This document shows, one piece after another, positions 28,725 through 39,047 of a stretch of DNA of 64,000 bases (within the stretch, counting starts at the first letter, position 1; the number at the start of each line of letters is the position of its first letter). The DNA is from a virus (Duplodnaviria > Caudoviricetes), in IMG/VR virus record IMGVR_UViG_3300020473_000025, positions 16,293-80,292 of that record; one strand, written 5' to 3'. The notes beneath the pieces were generated by a model, which saw only the letters and a list, made by a program, of their open reading frames with translations, did no database searches and was not told the DNA's origin. The translations under genes and the position numbers were made by a program.

Positions 28725-29183
28725 ATGAAAAATACATTTAAACCGATCCTTCAAGATCACAAACAAGTGAGTACTTTACTTTCGTCATTACCTAAAGGTG
28801 ACGACAGTGATGCAATACATATCCAGGCCCTCAACCCTGAAGCAATGAACAGAGGTCCGCAAGATGTTGTTATTATTTGCGATGCAGTAGGTTACACAGA
28901 TGCGTTGATAAATGCATTTAAAGGTTTACATGGATTATTTACTCACCATGTTCCTCTCACCGCACGTGAAGTAATGAGTGAAATCAACAACACCGTTAAT
29001 CCGGGTAAGTTGAACTTCACATTCCTACCTATTGATGCTAAGACCATCACCCAGCAGGAATTCATCGAAGCATTGCATGCTAAAGCCATTGATAGTCAGA
29101 CCAAAGATCTGCAGTTAGTAACTATCGATTACTTAAAACAATTAGACGAAAAAGATATGGCATTCATTTTCAAGAGTGCCTAA
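28725..29183 (+). CDS. Hypothetical protein
   Basis: 152 aa with GAGGT SD; TACATTAT early-like motif upstream at 28658. Confidence 0.6.
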   Translation: MKNTFKPILQDHKQVSTLLSSLPKGDDSDAIHIQALNPEAMNRGPQDVVIICDAVGYTDALINAFKGLHGLFTHHVPLTAREVMSEINNTVNPGKLNFTFLPIDAKTITQQEFIEALHAKAIDSQTKDLQLVTIDYLKQLDEKDMAFIFKSA

Positions 29184-29296
29184 TGGATGGGGTGGGGCGA
29201 CCTGCCCTATCTATGCCGTAAAGGACACGCTATCAAAACTTACATGCTAGTGTTACTTTATGAAACCCTTTAACCTAAATTTCAAGGAGCTAATCT

Positions 29297-29908
29297 ATGC
29301 CTGTGATTATAGAAGGCGGCGACGAAACATTCAGAGCCGTGGCCTATACTCCACCAAGCCCGTCCCTAACCGGGTTCTTATCTCAGCAACTAGATCAGTT
29401 CTCAGCTCAGATTCACCAAGGTGCACAACACTACGTTGATTTAGCACGCCAGACTTTTGACTCATTTAACAGTTCAGAAGCAATGCGTTTAGCTAAAGCG
29501 GTGCGACGTAAAGTAGACAGCCTGTGGACACGTGAGGGTATTTTTGCAATGACTGATATCGGTCAAATACAAAATGCCAACCTGACCATGCAGCGGTGGA
29601 TTATGGCAGAGCCAACTATTCGTAACATGTACCATCAGCAGCGCTGTGAGGGCTTTGCTGATAGCTATATGGATATGCATCCAGGGGATGTAGGTGAGAA
29701 CCATTACGATTACCGCAGGGTGATGGACGGCTTGGTCGTAGAGCAAGAAGATGAGCTAGTAAGTGTCCAATACTTTGATGAGGTCCATGACGGTGACGAG
29801 CTTGATATCGACGAGCAGGTAGCCATCTTACGTACTTGGGATAGTATCAAAAATGCTATTCACGAGAACAAAGAAGATCCTACCAGTCCCTTCAATGCGA
29901 GCCTGTAA
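29297..29908 (+). CDS. Conserved Chimalliviridae core protein
   Basis: 203 aa; MQRWIMAEP, HYDYRRVMDG, EDPTS; synteny upstream of the SbcD-like gene. Confidence 0.6.
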   Translation: MPVIIEGGDETFRAVAYTPPSPSLTGFLSQQLDQFSAQIHQGAQHYVDLARQTFDSFNSSEAMRLAKAVRRKVDSLWTREGIFAMTDIGQIQNANLTMQRWIMAEPTIRNMYHQQRCEGFADSYMDMHPGDVGENHYDYRRVMDGLVVEQEDELVSVQYFDEVHDGDELDIDEQVAILRTWDSIKNAIHENKEDPTSPFNASL

Positions 29909-29962
29909 TAATAAATCTAAAGGTGGGCTTCGGTCCATCTTTTTTTGTTAAGGATACTAGTA

Positions 29963-30364
29963 ATGTCACAAAAAGTCCTACCTACCCTTACGGTTGATGG
30001 CTTTGTAAAAACAGTCCCTCAAACGTGCGACTACCTGTTGGCTTATTTCTTTTTAAGTCAATACTCACAAAGCAATATGTATTATGGTAAAATATCATCA
30101 CTAGCCTACATTATACAAGAACACGGTCATGACGAGCAAACCATGCTGTTGCGTATTCAAAGTACATTAACAACATTGTTTAATCGTTACTTTGATTCAG
30201 TAGAAGCCTCTGCAAGTATAGACAGAGATAAGGATAACGCTGCGCAGTATGAGATTATAACGAATCTAAATGTACGGCGTGGTAATGTTAGTTATAGCGT
30301 AGGGCGACAAGTTAGTCTAATTAACTCTGTAGTGCAGAAAATCGTGGAATTAAATAATGGATAA
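29963..30364 (+). CDS. Conserved Chimalliviridae core protein
   Basis: ATG 29963 with AAGGA SD; SQYSQS and LFNRYFD. Confidence 0.55.
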   Translation: MSQKVLPTLTVDGFVKTVPQTCDYLLAYFFLSQYSQSNMYYGKISSLAYIIQEHGHDEQTMLLRIQSTLTTLFNRYFDSVEASASIDRDKDNAAQYEIITNLNVRRGNVSYSVGRQVSLINSVVQKIVELNNG

Positions 30365-30926
30365 TTCAAAATCAAAACAGCAAGAGATTAATGACAATAT
30401 CTTGCTAAACAGTCATGTACGTGATGCCATGAAGGTGTTGAACGAAGCGGTGGAAGAACACCCTACTATTGAGTTGGATTTGTTTGTTCGTACTTTCTTA
30501 CCCGCCATAGGTCAAGAGCACGATGAAGCGTTAAACATGGGGCCGTGGTTAACAGTAGCAAAAGGCCCTTACAATCCAGTTGATGTTGTTAGTAACGGGC
30601 AAGTGGTCTTTACTGTACCACCGTTATTAAATCGCCGACACACCCGTATCAACGAGCGTAGTCAAGATTCATTAACTACCCTTGCTGTTGTAGCTCAACA
30701 GAAATCAGATGCTCACCCACTTATGGGTCAAACTTATCTACGAAATGGTCTGATGAACTACGTAGGTAAAACACGTGTTAATCCTAACGCATTGGCAGAG
30801 TGGAATCGTGTATTGACTAAATATGGTTACGAGCCAATAGAAACAGAAGCCGTGCCTGAATCAGTCAAACCCGCCTCTGTATCAACTGCATCTCTGTACG
30901 ACCCTGATGATGTGGATGAATTATAA
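30357..30926 (+). CDS. Conserved Chimalliviridae core protein
   Basis: 189 aa; VVFTVPPL; acidic C-terminus. Confidence 0.55.
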   Translation: MDNSKSKQQEINDNILLNSHVRDAMKVLNEAVEEHPTIELDLFVRTFLPAIGQEHDEALNMGPWLTVAKGPYNPVDVVSNGQVVFTVPPLLNRRHTRINERSQDSLTTLAVVAQQKSDAHPLMGQTYLRNGLMNYVGKTRVNPNALAEWNRVLTKYGYEPIETEAVPESVKPASVSTASLYDPDDVDEL

Positions 30927-30939
30927 GGATGTATAGCCT

Positions 30940-32085
30940 ATGCGTAGCAAAGGTAAACACTTAGAGATAGCTTGTCTGTCTGATATACACCTAGGGCATG
31001 GTTTAGTCCCTACCAGCGATATTATCAATCGACTGTATAAAGCATTACCTAACAATACTGAGTCTGATAAACTAGACATTATATTCCTTGCAGGTGATGT
31101 TTTTGATAAACTGTTATTTCTACCTGACGCACCAGTATTAGATATTCAGATTTGGATAGCCGATTTGTTTGAGTTGTGTCATCGTCACAACATCGCACTT
31201 CGGGTATTAGAAGGCACGCCTAGTCACGACCGTGGGCAGGGTAAGCAGTTTGAAATGATTTACTTGACGGTAGGGTATGATAGGGATGATAAGTTCGTTG
31301 ACTTTAAATACATTCCTACATTGTCTATTGAATACATTGAGTTATTAGATATCAATGTACTCTACGTGCCAGATGAGTGGGACCACGACCCTGATATAAC
31401 TTGGGAGTCAGTAAAGAACTTGCTGAAAGATCAAGGGTTAGAGCAAGTAGACTTTGCAGTCATGCATGGTAACTTCGAGTATCATCTACCTGACCATCTT
31501 AAAATACCCTGCCATCAGTCAGAACGTTATCTAGAAGTTGTTAAACATTATATCTTTATAGGTCACTTTCATACACACAGCGTGTATGATCGCATCATTA
31601 CACAGGGGTCGTTTGATCGACTAGGGCATGGTGAAGAAGAACCTAAAGGTCACGTGAGGGTCAGGGTTAGCGAAGACGGCAATCACGATCGTGTTGAGTT
31701 TAGAATCAATCATGATGCCACCATGTTTGTTACTATAGATGCAACCGGCATGGATGCAGCTGCGGTAATTAACAAAATCAAAGCACAGGACAACCTACCT
31801 AAGGGTAGTCACGTGCGTATTCAATGTACTAACGATGGTGATGTTAAAAACGCCATTAGTACACTTAGGGAACATTTTCCACACTACACAATGAAACTAA
31901 AAGTTGTCAGTGAGGAGAAAGTCGTTAACAGTGACGTTACAGGGTTAACCGCTAAGTATGAAGCGGTGGAAATATCATCTTCTAACGTCACTAAACTATT
32001 AGAAGAAAAATGCATAACCATGGGGTTAGATACTAACCGTATCGAACAGGTTAAAGCATTATTAGATAGAGTACAAGCCCAATGA
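30940..32085 (+). CDS. SbcD/Mre11-like metallophosphoesterase nuclease
   Basis: SDIHLG, AGDVFD, GTPSHD, MHG, GHFH and GSFDRL motifs. Confidence 0.88.
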   Translation: MRSKGKHLEIACLSDIHLGHGLVPTSDIINRLYKALPNNTESDKLDIIFLAGDVFDKLLFLPDAPVLDIQIWIADLFELCHRHNIALRVLEGTPSHDRGQGKQFEMIYLTVGYDRDDKFVDFKYIPTLSIEYIELLDINVLYVPDEWDHDPDITWESVKNLLKDQGLEQVDFAVMHGNFEYHLPDHLKIPCHQSERYLEVVKHYIFIGHFHTHSVYDRIITQGSFDRLGHGEEEPKGHVRVRVSEDGNHDRVEFRINHDATMFVTIDATGMDAAAVINKIKAQDNLPKGSHVRIQCTNDGDVKNAISTLREHFPHYTMKLKVVSEEKVVNSDVTGLTAKYEAVEISSSNVTKLLEEKCITMGLDTNRIEQVKALLDRVQAQ

Positions 32086-32621
32086 AACCAGAAACAAGAT
32101 TAAAAATAGCCCTTCACCATACTATCATTACGTGTTCTAATTTCAAAGACAAAGATATTGATAAAATCCTTATCATGTTATCGAATTGGGACCTTGAAGT
32201 GGGTAAACCGGTAGGTGGTGTTTACAGTAAAGTAGATGTCCTTTTCCAAAAGACATTCCCAACCCCTGACTCACTTGTTGAGTTTATGGTGTCGGTAGAA
32301 TACGGATACATTAACCAGCACAATCTAAATCACTACAGAAACATCATTGAGTTCTTAATGAGAACGTATGGTGAGTCTTTAGAAAGCATGACTGAAGTCA
32401 AAACGTTTCTTAAAGCCATTGAGCGTAAAGCAGAAGGGCCAAAAGAAAACTATTGCTGGGATAGTAAAACAATATTACTGGATAAACCTGCTTATAAAAG
32501 CGAGATAGGGTGGTTGTTGTTAGGACCTGGATTTAAATTGCGTCAGGGTCAACTATCTAAAGAAGCAATGCACGCGCGTATAGATGCGTTGCTAGGAGAA
32601 AACAATGGATCTAACACGTGA
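32082..32621 (+). CDS. Hypothetical protein
   Basis: 179 aa, ATGA overlap with the previous gene. Confidence 0.6.
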   Translation: MKPETRLKIALHHTIITCSNFKDKDIDKILIMLSNWDLEVGKPVGGVYSKVDVLFQKTFPTPDSLVEFMVSVEYGYINQHNLNHYRNIIEFLMRTYGESLESMTEVKTFLKAIERKAEGPKENYCWDSKTILLDKPAYKSEIGWLLLGPGFKLRQGQLSKEAMHARIDALLGENNGSNT

Positions 32622-33405
32622 GTTAGGTGAGTATGGTATTAACATAGGTACGTCAGTTGCTTTAGAAGAAGGGTTCAGTCAATTAGAGACGTTCCCTAAA
32701 ACCTTTTGGGTAAACATACGTACCTTGCTCAGAAACACCTACGGTGCTATCAGCGATAACGTGGGTATTAGCGACATTGCTTTAATTGAAGCGATGTATG
32801 AAGAAATGGAAGGATTGGAAGCTGCTATTGTTGCATTGAGTAAGGAACAGACCTCTGTGATATTCTACCATACCTCACACGCGACAATAGATAAACAGTT
32901 TCCTAAAGCTCAGCTTAAGAAGTTAAAGACACCTGGACAGTTACAGTATCGTGTTATAGAACGTTCAGTGTGTAAGAAACTTCTTTCACAAAACACTAAC
33001 ATCCGCCAGTTTGACGTTGCTGTAAGAGGTGACAGTTCAACAGCCATGATGTTAAGTCATTACCCTATCGACTTGTTATCCCACACTTACTTTGATCGCC
33101 TAAGTCTTATAGAGAGCCACACAGGTGCGATAAAGAAAAAGGACAAATGGAATACCAAGTTGACCGGGGGTAAGCAGTTAACTCACATGCCTTTCAACAG
33201 CATGACCTTACAGGTGTATGGGGATGGTGCAACTAATTTTAATACCATGCCCCACCGTATTAAAGTCACGCTTAATGAGTTAGCTAAGGAGAAACGCTGG
33301 CACGCGTTAACGACCAAAGATAAAATGCTGTATGATATCAACACCTTAACGGATAAGATAGCAGCCAGTTTTTACAAGCAACTGCTGGCTGTGAGTGTCA
33401 GATAA
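32605..33405 (+). CDS. Conserved core protein (phiKZ gp66-like; possible PIN/5'-nuclease-like fold)
   Basis: WVNIRTLLRN, SHYPIDLL and ESHTG; synteny. Confidence 0.5.
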   Translation: MDLTRELGEYGINIGTSVALEEGFSQLETFPKTFWVNIRTLLRNTYGAISDNVGISDIALIEAMYEEMEGLEAAIVALSKEQTSVIFYHTSHATIDKQFPKAQLKKLKTPGQLQYRVIERSVCKKLLSQNTNIRQFDVAVRGDSSTAMMLSHYPIDLLSHTYFDRLSLIESHTGAIKKKDKWNTKLTGGKQLTHMPFNSMTLQVYGDGATNFNTMPHRIKVTLNELAKEKRWHALTTKDKMLYDINTLTDKIAASFYKQLLAVSVR

Positions 33406-33458
33406 TACATAGACCAGCAATAACATGAAGACAAATTAGCCCATAAAGGAACCCTCTA

Positions 33459-34160
33459 ATGGCCGATAATAACTTTCGCCGTCCACCTCGCAAGAAGAAT
33501 GTGTTGGACGAGACAAAACTACGCCTTAGCGCTGATCCCGTATCTGGCTCTAAGCGTCGCCCTTCTCTTGCGTTTAGTGTGGTAAAGAACAACCCACGCA
33601 TTGACATCTATACCAATGTAGAGGGTGATAAGAACAACGGTAACATCCGTGCAGCAATGGACGCGCCAGTATTCTTTGCTCTAATTGGATTGGTTGAAAA
33701 GGCCATTGAATCAGAGCCAGGTCAGCGTTTTGTAATTCAAAACAAGAACTATAAATGGTTTGGTCAAGGTAAGAAATCTGATACACCGATCAACCTGAGT
33801 GATACCTTAGTAGGTAAGGATGCTGAAGGTCGTATCTTTATCAGCGTTATTGATAAAGAAGATAATAGCCGTCCTAAGATTAAGTTTATCTTTAGTTCAG
33901 GCTACTGGCATGATTTATTCCATGGTGATGGTTCACCATTTAGCGAAGCGGAAGATAGCGTACTGTGTGCTAAGGCATTTGCTGAAATGCTTAAAGGCCT
34001 AGTACCGTTAGTTATGGCTAACGAATATACTCCACCACCACCTCGCGATCAACAAGGTGGATCTGGTTATGGCGGCGGCAATAAAGGCGGCGGTAATAAC
34101 TACAACGGTGGTGGTCAGTCTTCGTCGCCAACCATTGACTTTGATGATGATATCTTTTAA
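33459..34160 (+). CDS. Conserved core protein (phiKZ gp67-like) with an SSB-like acidic tail
   Basis: 233 aa; Gly/Asn-rich linker ending DFDDDIF; sits before the gp68-like gene. Confidence 0.6.
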   Translation: MADNNFRRPPRKKNVLDETKLRLSADPVSGSKRRPSLAFSVVKNNPRIDIYTNVEGDKNNGNIRAAMDAPVFFALIGLVEKAIESEPGQRFVIQNKNYKWFGQGKKSDTPINLSDTLVGKDAEGRIFISVIDKEDNSRPKIKFIFSSGYWHDLFHGDGSPFSEAEDSVLCAKAFAEMLKGLVPLVMANEYTPPPPRDQQGGSGYGGGNKGGGNNYNGGGQSSSPTIDFDDDIF

Positions 34161-34224
34161 TCATCACGGTTAATTATTTAAAAGGTAGGCGCTGGCCTAC
34201 CTTTTATGCCCACCAGTGTATGCC

Positions 34225-34247
34225 AAACAACTTAACACCTACATTAT
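34225..34247 (+). promoter_or_regulatory. Early promoter, 23-bp duplicate of 39048-39070
   Basis: AAACAACTTAACACCTACATTAT. Confidence 0.7.
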
Positions 34248-34286
34248 TTAATCGAACCTTTCCCCTAACGATCAAAAGAGGTATAT

Positions 34287-35849
34287 ATGAAAATCACTAT
34301 TGCACAGCGCAAGCCAAACGGAATAGCGTCTGTACTGACTAGCCATGGTGATCGTAGTCATGAGTGGGTGTTAAGCCCGTATGAGCGTACGTCCTTTCAA
34401 AACCCTGATAACATTTTCAACAATGCCAATGCGTACTTAGAAAAACTAGATAAAGAAACGCAGCATCGCATTTGGTCAATCTATGACGATATCTATTTAG
34501 CATTTGAAGAGATAGAAAACATAGATGTACTTCAAGAAACAGTAACGGAACTTGTAAACCGGTTATACTCATTTATTGACGTAGATGCACTGCGTTTATG
34601 GTGTAATCTCTACGGTGTGTATAACATGCCGCCTGATCTACAAGATACATATAGCGAGGGCTTTACACGAGAGCTTACCTATTTAAGAAGTGACTATAAA
34701 GGTCTATTATTCTTAACTACTGCATTGCGTTACATGGTGCCTATTTGGGGTGAATACATTAAACGTAATAAGGCAGAGATAGGTACAGCATATAAAGAAT
34801 ACATGGCAACAGCGTTAATAGGTCAGTCTGATTTATACGAGACCCCTGAGATTGCACGACTAATCGAATACATCGAAGCACGTATTGGCAATCAAGATAC
34901 ATTGAAACCTACTACCATACATGGCGGTCTAGGTAGTGTGCAGCAGACAGATTGGTTATTGTCACGTACGCTATTAGGTCGTATCGCTGTAGCAGAAACG
35001 GATAAACCCGATGGGTCTATCATCTCTACTATCTATAACGTTATTACCAATCTCATTGAAAATATGGATAAGACGTTTGGTTCAGGTGGGATGATATTAG
35101 ACATAGATCGTTATCGACCTAAGCGTGGTGAGGAGCGCGAGGATAATGATTCAGTTGCAGAGAACCTGCAAGTATCGCAGCGTGTATCGGATGTACATCC
35201 TATCATAGCCGAGACCTATGTATCCAAGTACGTGGACATGGCTAAGGAGCTGTCTCCGACAGTACCGATACGACTAGTAAAAGAATGTGTAGTACGGTTA
35301 ACCAAGGCGGACGATTTAGACATTGAACCGTTCAGAGTTAACCTGGTGGCGATAATTGCTTCAGAGGCGGTTTCCATACGTTCTCTGCATTCACTACACC
35401 ACCCGGAGTTATTGCGACTAATAGGTGTTGCACAGGCTATATTGATCCATCATGGATTTGATGATCTAGCCCATGTGTTAACAGCCCGTTGCCAGCCGCA
35501 AGATCCAACCATCATTAAGGGTGATGCGTATAGTAACAATACGCGTTCACGACTTACTAAAGACAATGTAGATGCCTTGATGAGACTTTATCCACATTAC
35601 AAGTTAAAGACTCGTCCAGGTGAGCGTAAGAAAACAGATTGCGAGGGTGTTGAATTTATAGAGGGATTCAATAAACATACCCAAGCGTATGATTGGTTTT
35701 ACAATTCACCTGACACATTACTACAAAAGTCTACCCCGCCAGCAGTAAATGGCAAACCGTTATTGATCTCTACAGATATTAGAAACCAACTGGCTAGTAT
35801 GCTTCTAACGTTCTTAGATCACACGGCACAGTCTGAGCAGACTGTTTAA
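34287..35849 (+). CDS. nvRNAP promoter-specificity (sigma-like) subunit, phiKZ gp68-like
   Basis: 520 aa, matching size and synteny; TYLRSDY, LRYMVPIWGEYI, LYPHY. Confidence 0.7.
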   Translation: MKITIAQRKPNGIASVLTSHGDRSHEWVLSPYERTSFQNPDNIFNNANAYLEKLDKETQHRIWSIYDDIYLAFEEIENIDVLQETVTELVNRLYSFIDVDALRLWCNLYGVYNMPPDLQDTYSEGFTRELTYLRSDYKGLLFLTTALRYMVPIWGEYIKRNKAEIGTAYKEYMATALIGQSDLYETPEIARLIEYIEARIGNQDTLKPTTIHGGLGSVQQTDWLLSRTLLGRIAVAETDKPDGSIISTIYNVITNLIENMDKTFGSGGMILDIDRYRPKRGEEREDNDSVAENLQVSQRVSDVHPIIAETYVSKYVDMAKELSPTVPIRLVKECVVRLTKADDLDIEPFRVNLVAIIASEAVSIRSLHSLHHPELLRLIGVAQAILIHHGFDDLAHVLTARCQPQDPTIIKGDAYSNNTRSRLTKDNVDALMRLYPHYKLKTRPGERKKTDCEGVEFIEGFNKHTQAYDWFYNSPDTLLQKSTPPAVNGKPLLISTDIRNQLASMLLTFLDHTAQSEQTV

Positions 35850-35891
35850 ACCCCCTTTTAAAAAATAACTACGTAAATAGGAAGTGCGAAA

Positions 35892-37382
35892 ATGCTACAA
35901 TCTAACATGACAGTACAACGTTTGATGTTCTTCGAGATGGGCAGCTACCATGCGTTAGCTCTCCGCCCATACCAAACACACACGGATGCTCAGTCTATAG
36001 GTATTTTCAATGACGTGACTAACGGTGGTACTAACTTAAGTACCAATGCAGTAGCGCAAGGTTGTGATGGTTTAGTAAGACCGTCAGCACAAGCTGCTGG
36101 AATGGCAAACATAGCAGGAGGGTGGGATGAGCGTCGCTTTGTATTCCTCATGCATGTCTCTTTTGAGAAAATGGGTGTCACTATTTATCAAGTATTATCT
36201 GGTTATACTGACCGTTTTGATCTTAGCCTAAATGGGACATTGAGTCCTGACATGATGTTGCACTTCAATAACTCTGTTGAAATTAGACAGACTGCTATAT
36301 TAGGTGCAAACGGTCGCCAGATGCAAATGTCAGTACGCGATGCGTCACACATCCTTACAGATAGCGTGGGTGGAGTTAATCGAAATGGATATCCAGGAGG
36401 CTGGGGTGCGAGCACACAGAGCTTGAACTATTCATGCAGCATGCGTCCAATGGATATCTTCCATAGAAGTGGAGTTCCTAGCGTACTTCATGAAAGCTCC
36501 TATACCAGCAACGCTGTTGATGGTCGTGTAAGTTTCCTACAAGGACCTAAGAAGAGCCGACGCTCTAACTCATCAGCCCCTGTATATCTAAGTCGTCTGC
36601 TAACTGCACAGCAAACAGCAGAAAGAAACAGCTTAGACGCAATGGACGATGACCAAACGATCCACAACGCAGCAGCGGGTCAGGTAATTGAGCAAAGCAT
36701 GATGGATGATGGTTTCATCTCAACACTAGATGGTCATAGTCAGATCATGTCAACTGCAGCAATTAGCTACGGTGAGTTATGCTCATTCAACCCTCACGTA
36801 GATGACATCGCTGAAGTTATTAAACGTAAAGCTGGTGCACCAATGCGCCACGGTCGTGATTCAAACCACTGGAACGGTGCTAACAATGAAACACTTATTG
36901 CTACAATCCTAAGTCATTCAGTACCCGCACTGATGCTGGATCTGATGCTATTAGGTGTAGAGTTTACAGCAACTAACAGTACAATAGATAGTGATTACGC
37001 AGTTGCCGTAACTGGTGCTAACAGCTTTGCTGAAGGCATTGACTTACAACCGTACGTAGCACGTTTCATTGACCGTTTGAAGTTTGAGATACTATCGGAT
37101 ATTTCGCGCCGTAACCGCATCTCGTTCGGTATCCACATGCGTTGTGACATAGTGGCAGACACAACCATAGATATCACGTTAGACGGCAATACAGAGCGTT
37201 TTACGATGCCTAGTTTCTGTGACGCACTAGCAACACCTGTATTTACCACACAACGTACCGACCTAGATAACGTTGCTAACGACATCATGTCAATTAGTAA
37301 CAACCTAGAGACCACGGCAGCAATGCACTACGACCATGGTCAATCACCTATAATAACCCCCTTTGACAATCAAGGAGTATAA
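35892..37382 (+). CDS. picA: Phage nucleus import factor PicA/Imp1-like (phiKZ gp69-like)
   Basis: 496 aa directly after the gp68-like gene; RPYQT, GWDERRFVF, GYTD, MRPMDIF and PSFCDAL motifs. Confidence 0.65.
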   Translation: MLQSNMTVQRLMFFEMGSYHALALRPYQTHTDAQSIGIFNDVTNGGTNLSTNAVAQGCDGLVRPSAQAAGMANIAGGWDERRFVFLMHVSFEKMGVTIYQVLSGYTDRFDLSLNGTLSPDMMLHFNNSVEIRQTAILGANGRQMQMSVRDASHILTDSVGGVNRNGYPGGWGASTQSLNYSCSMRPMDIFHRSGVPSVLHESSYTSNAVDGRVSFLQGPKKSRRSNSSAPVYLSRLLTAQQTAERNSLDAMDDDQTIHNAAAGQVIEQSMMDDGFISTLDGHSQIMSTAAISYGELCSFNPHVDDIAEVIKRKAGAPMRHGRDSNHWNGANNETLIATILSHSVPALMLDLMLLGVEFTATNSTIDSDYAVAVTGANSFAEGIDLQPYVARFIDRLKFEILSDISRRNRISFGIHMRCDIVADTTIDITLDGNTERFTMPSFCDALATPVFTTQRTDLDNVANDIMSISNNLETTAAMHYDHGQSPIITPFDNQGV

Positions 37383-37384
37383 CC

Positions 37385-38605
37385 ATGAGCCGCCTGATAA
37401 ATCTTTATAAAACCATACTGACCTCGGCGGGTCTTGAGTCTGATGCGCAAGGACGTATCTATCAAAAGTTAGCAGGGGAATCAATACCCTGTACAGTAGG
37501 TGAGAAATTGCTTTTGCTGCCAACCAAAGAAGTATTGAAAGATACTGACTGGACAAGCGCTATTGCATTTCACCCACTTAGTGAGAATGTGGCTCGTGGT
37601 GAGTCACCTATTATCAAGAAGCTTAAAGAGCTACTACTTACACGTGCTACTCGTGTATTAGATGGTTTAGCGTTTCAACTGCTATCAATGGCGGCGAATA
37701 CGCAAACACATGAGAAGTTCTCACCGGCACAACTTGAATACCTGACGTACCTTAAAGATGCTGATGGTAAGATGGTAGATGCTTATCGTAAGATGATAGG
37801 TTCGGTGACCATCGACGGCAAGCACCGTTTGATTAACATGTACCTAAAACGCTCAGGTACACTCAACGACACTAAGTACGCCCGTCTTTGTATTACTAGC
37901 TTACCAATACTGGATAAGTCTGATGAGGGTGAGCGAACGCTGTTTGGCCATAAAGTAAGAAAGCGTGACTTTACCTCTATCCCTCAGCTATTTGAATACA
38001 TCCTACCTGGTGTTAACGAAAACGCATACAGCTACGGTACGCATAATAAAACGGCACCGTTTTTCCATGCGCTAATGCTAAGTTACCTTAACATCGCTAA
38101 ACAACTTAACCAGCGTGTTGAGATGTTTAAAGAGCATCTAGTAGATGTAGATGACTTACTAATCGATGTAAGCTTTGAAGCTGAAATGGGTTGTCTATCA
38201 GACATGCGTGATGAGATCCCACCACTAGAAGGTAATCAGGGTGATGTTGAAAATAAAGCCCCAGATACTACAGCTAACGTGGCTAAACCTGCTAATGCAC
38301 CAGCATCAGCGCCTAAACCAGTAGAACCTAAGCCATCGGCTCCTGCTAAGTCAGGCGGTGCTCGTGAATGGAATACACTATCGGGAAACCGTGGTCATGG
38401 TAACGGCTACCAACCAGCAAACACTGGATGGAGTAATGCGGCGTATGCGCCACCACCAAGTGGTCGCGCTGCAGCAATGCAGAAACAACGCCAGGTTGCT
38501 TACAACAACTCACCTTGGAATCAGGGTCAGAATGCTGGATGGGGTAACCCGCAACCACAGAACACAGGTTGGAACCAAGGTGGTTACAACGGTGGTGGTG
38601 TTTAA
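37385..38605 (+). CDS. Conserved core protein (phiKZ gp70-like) with a low-complexity tail
   Basis: FHPLSENVARGES, APFFHALM and IPPLEGN; P/A-rich then G/N/Q/W-rich tail. Confidence 0.6.
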   Translation: MSRLINLYKTILTSAGLESDAQGRIYQKLAGESIPCTVGEKLLLLPTKEVLKDTDWTSAIAFHPLSENVARGESPIIKKLKELLLTRATRVLDGLAFQLLSMAANTQTHEKFSPAQLEYLTYLKDADGKMVDAYRKMIGSVTIDGKHRLINMYLKRSGTLNDTKYARLCITSLPILDKSDEGERTLFGHKVRKRDFTSIPQLFEYILPGVNENAYSYGTHNKTAPFFHALMLSYLNIAKQLNQRVEMFKEHLVDVDDLLIDVSFEAEMGCLSDMRDEIPPLEGNQGDVENKAPDTTANVAKPANAPASAPKPVEPKPSAPAKSGGAREWNTLSGNRGHGNGYQPANTGWSNAAYAPPPSGRAAAMQKQRQVAYNNSPWNQGQNAGWGNPQPQNTGWNQGGYNGGGV

Positions 38606-38613
38606 ATAATAAA

Positions 38614-38663
38614 GACGGCATAAGTAGAGGGGTCAATCCCTCTACTTGTCTTTTTTTGCCGTC
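38614..38663. terminator. Bidirectional terminator
   Basis: GACGGCATA + AGTAGAGGG/CCCTCTACT stem + T7 + GCCGTC. Confidence 0.8.
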
Positions 38664-38699
38664 AGGCTGTCGTTTTTTACATAGTAAACAGATAATATG

Positions 38700-39035
38700 T
38701 TAAACTCTATTAGCTAAATGCATAGACTTTAAACGTTCTATTTCTTCTATAGCAGGCATGATAACCGTGTTCTTGTCTTTATAGTCACTAGGGTGCTCAT
38801 AGCCGTTTACACGTAGCATGATCCAATGATACTTAGTGGCTACATCTAACTCTAACATAAGCCCGTAGAAGTCGGACTCCTGTCTATATACACGGTGTTC
38901 GTCAATCACGGCAGTTTGGGTCTTTTCATGATTACGTAGATGCTTTAAATGCGTTTCAATCATGATGCGAAAATTAGGGTCGTAGTAAACATCAGCGCCA
39001 TTAGTTCGCTGTAGTTCATGAATTTTTAACGTCAT
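38700..39035 (-). CDS. Conserved small protein, LysM-like/baseplate-wedge (T4 gp53)-like
   Basis: ATG 39035 with AGGAGAGG SD; DFYGLM...YHWIMLRVNG pattern. Confidence 0.45.
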   Translation of the reverse strand: MTLKIHELQRTNGADVYYDPNFRIMIETHLKHLRNHEKTQTAVIDEHRVYRQESDFYGLMLELDVATKYHWIMLRVNGYEHPSDYKDKNTVIMPAIEEIERLKSMHLANRV

Positions 39036-39047
39036 CGAGCCTCTCCT

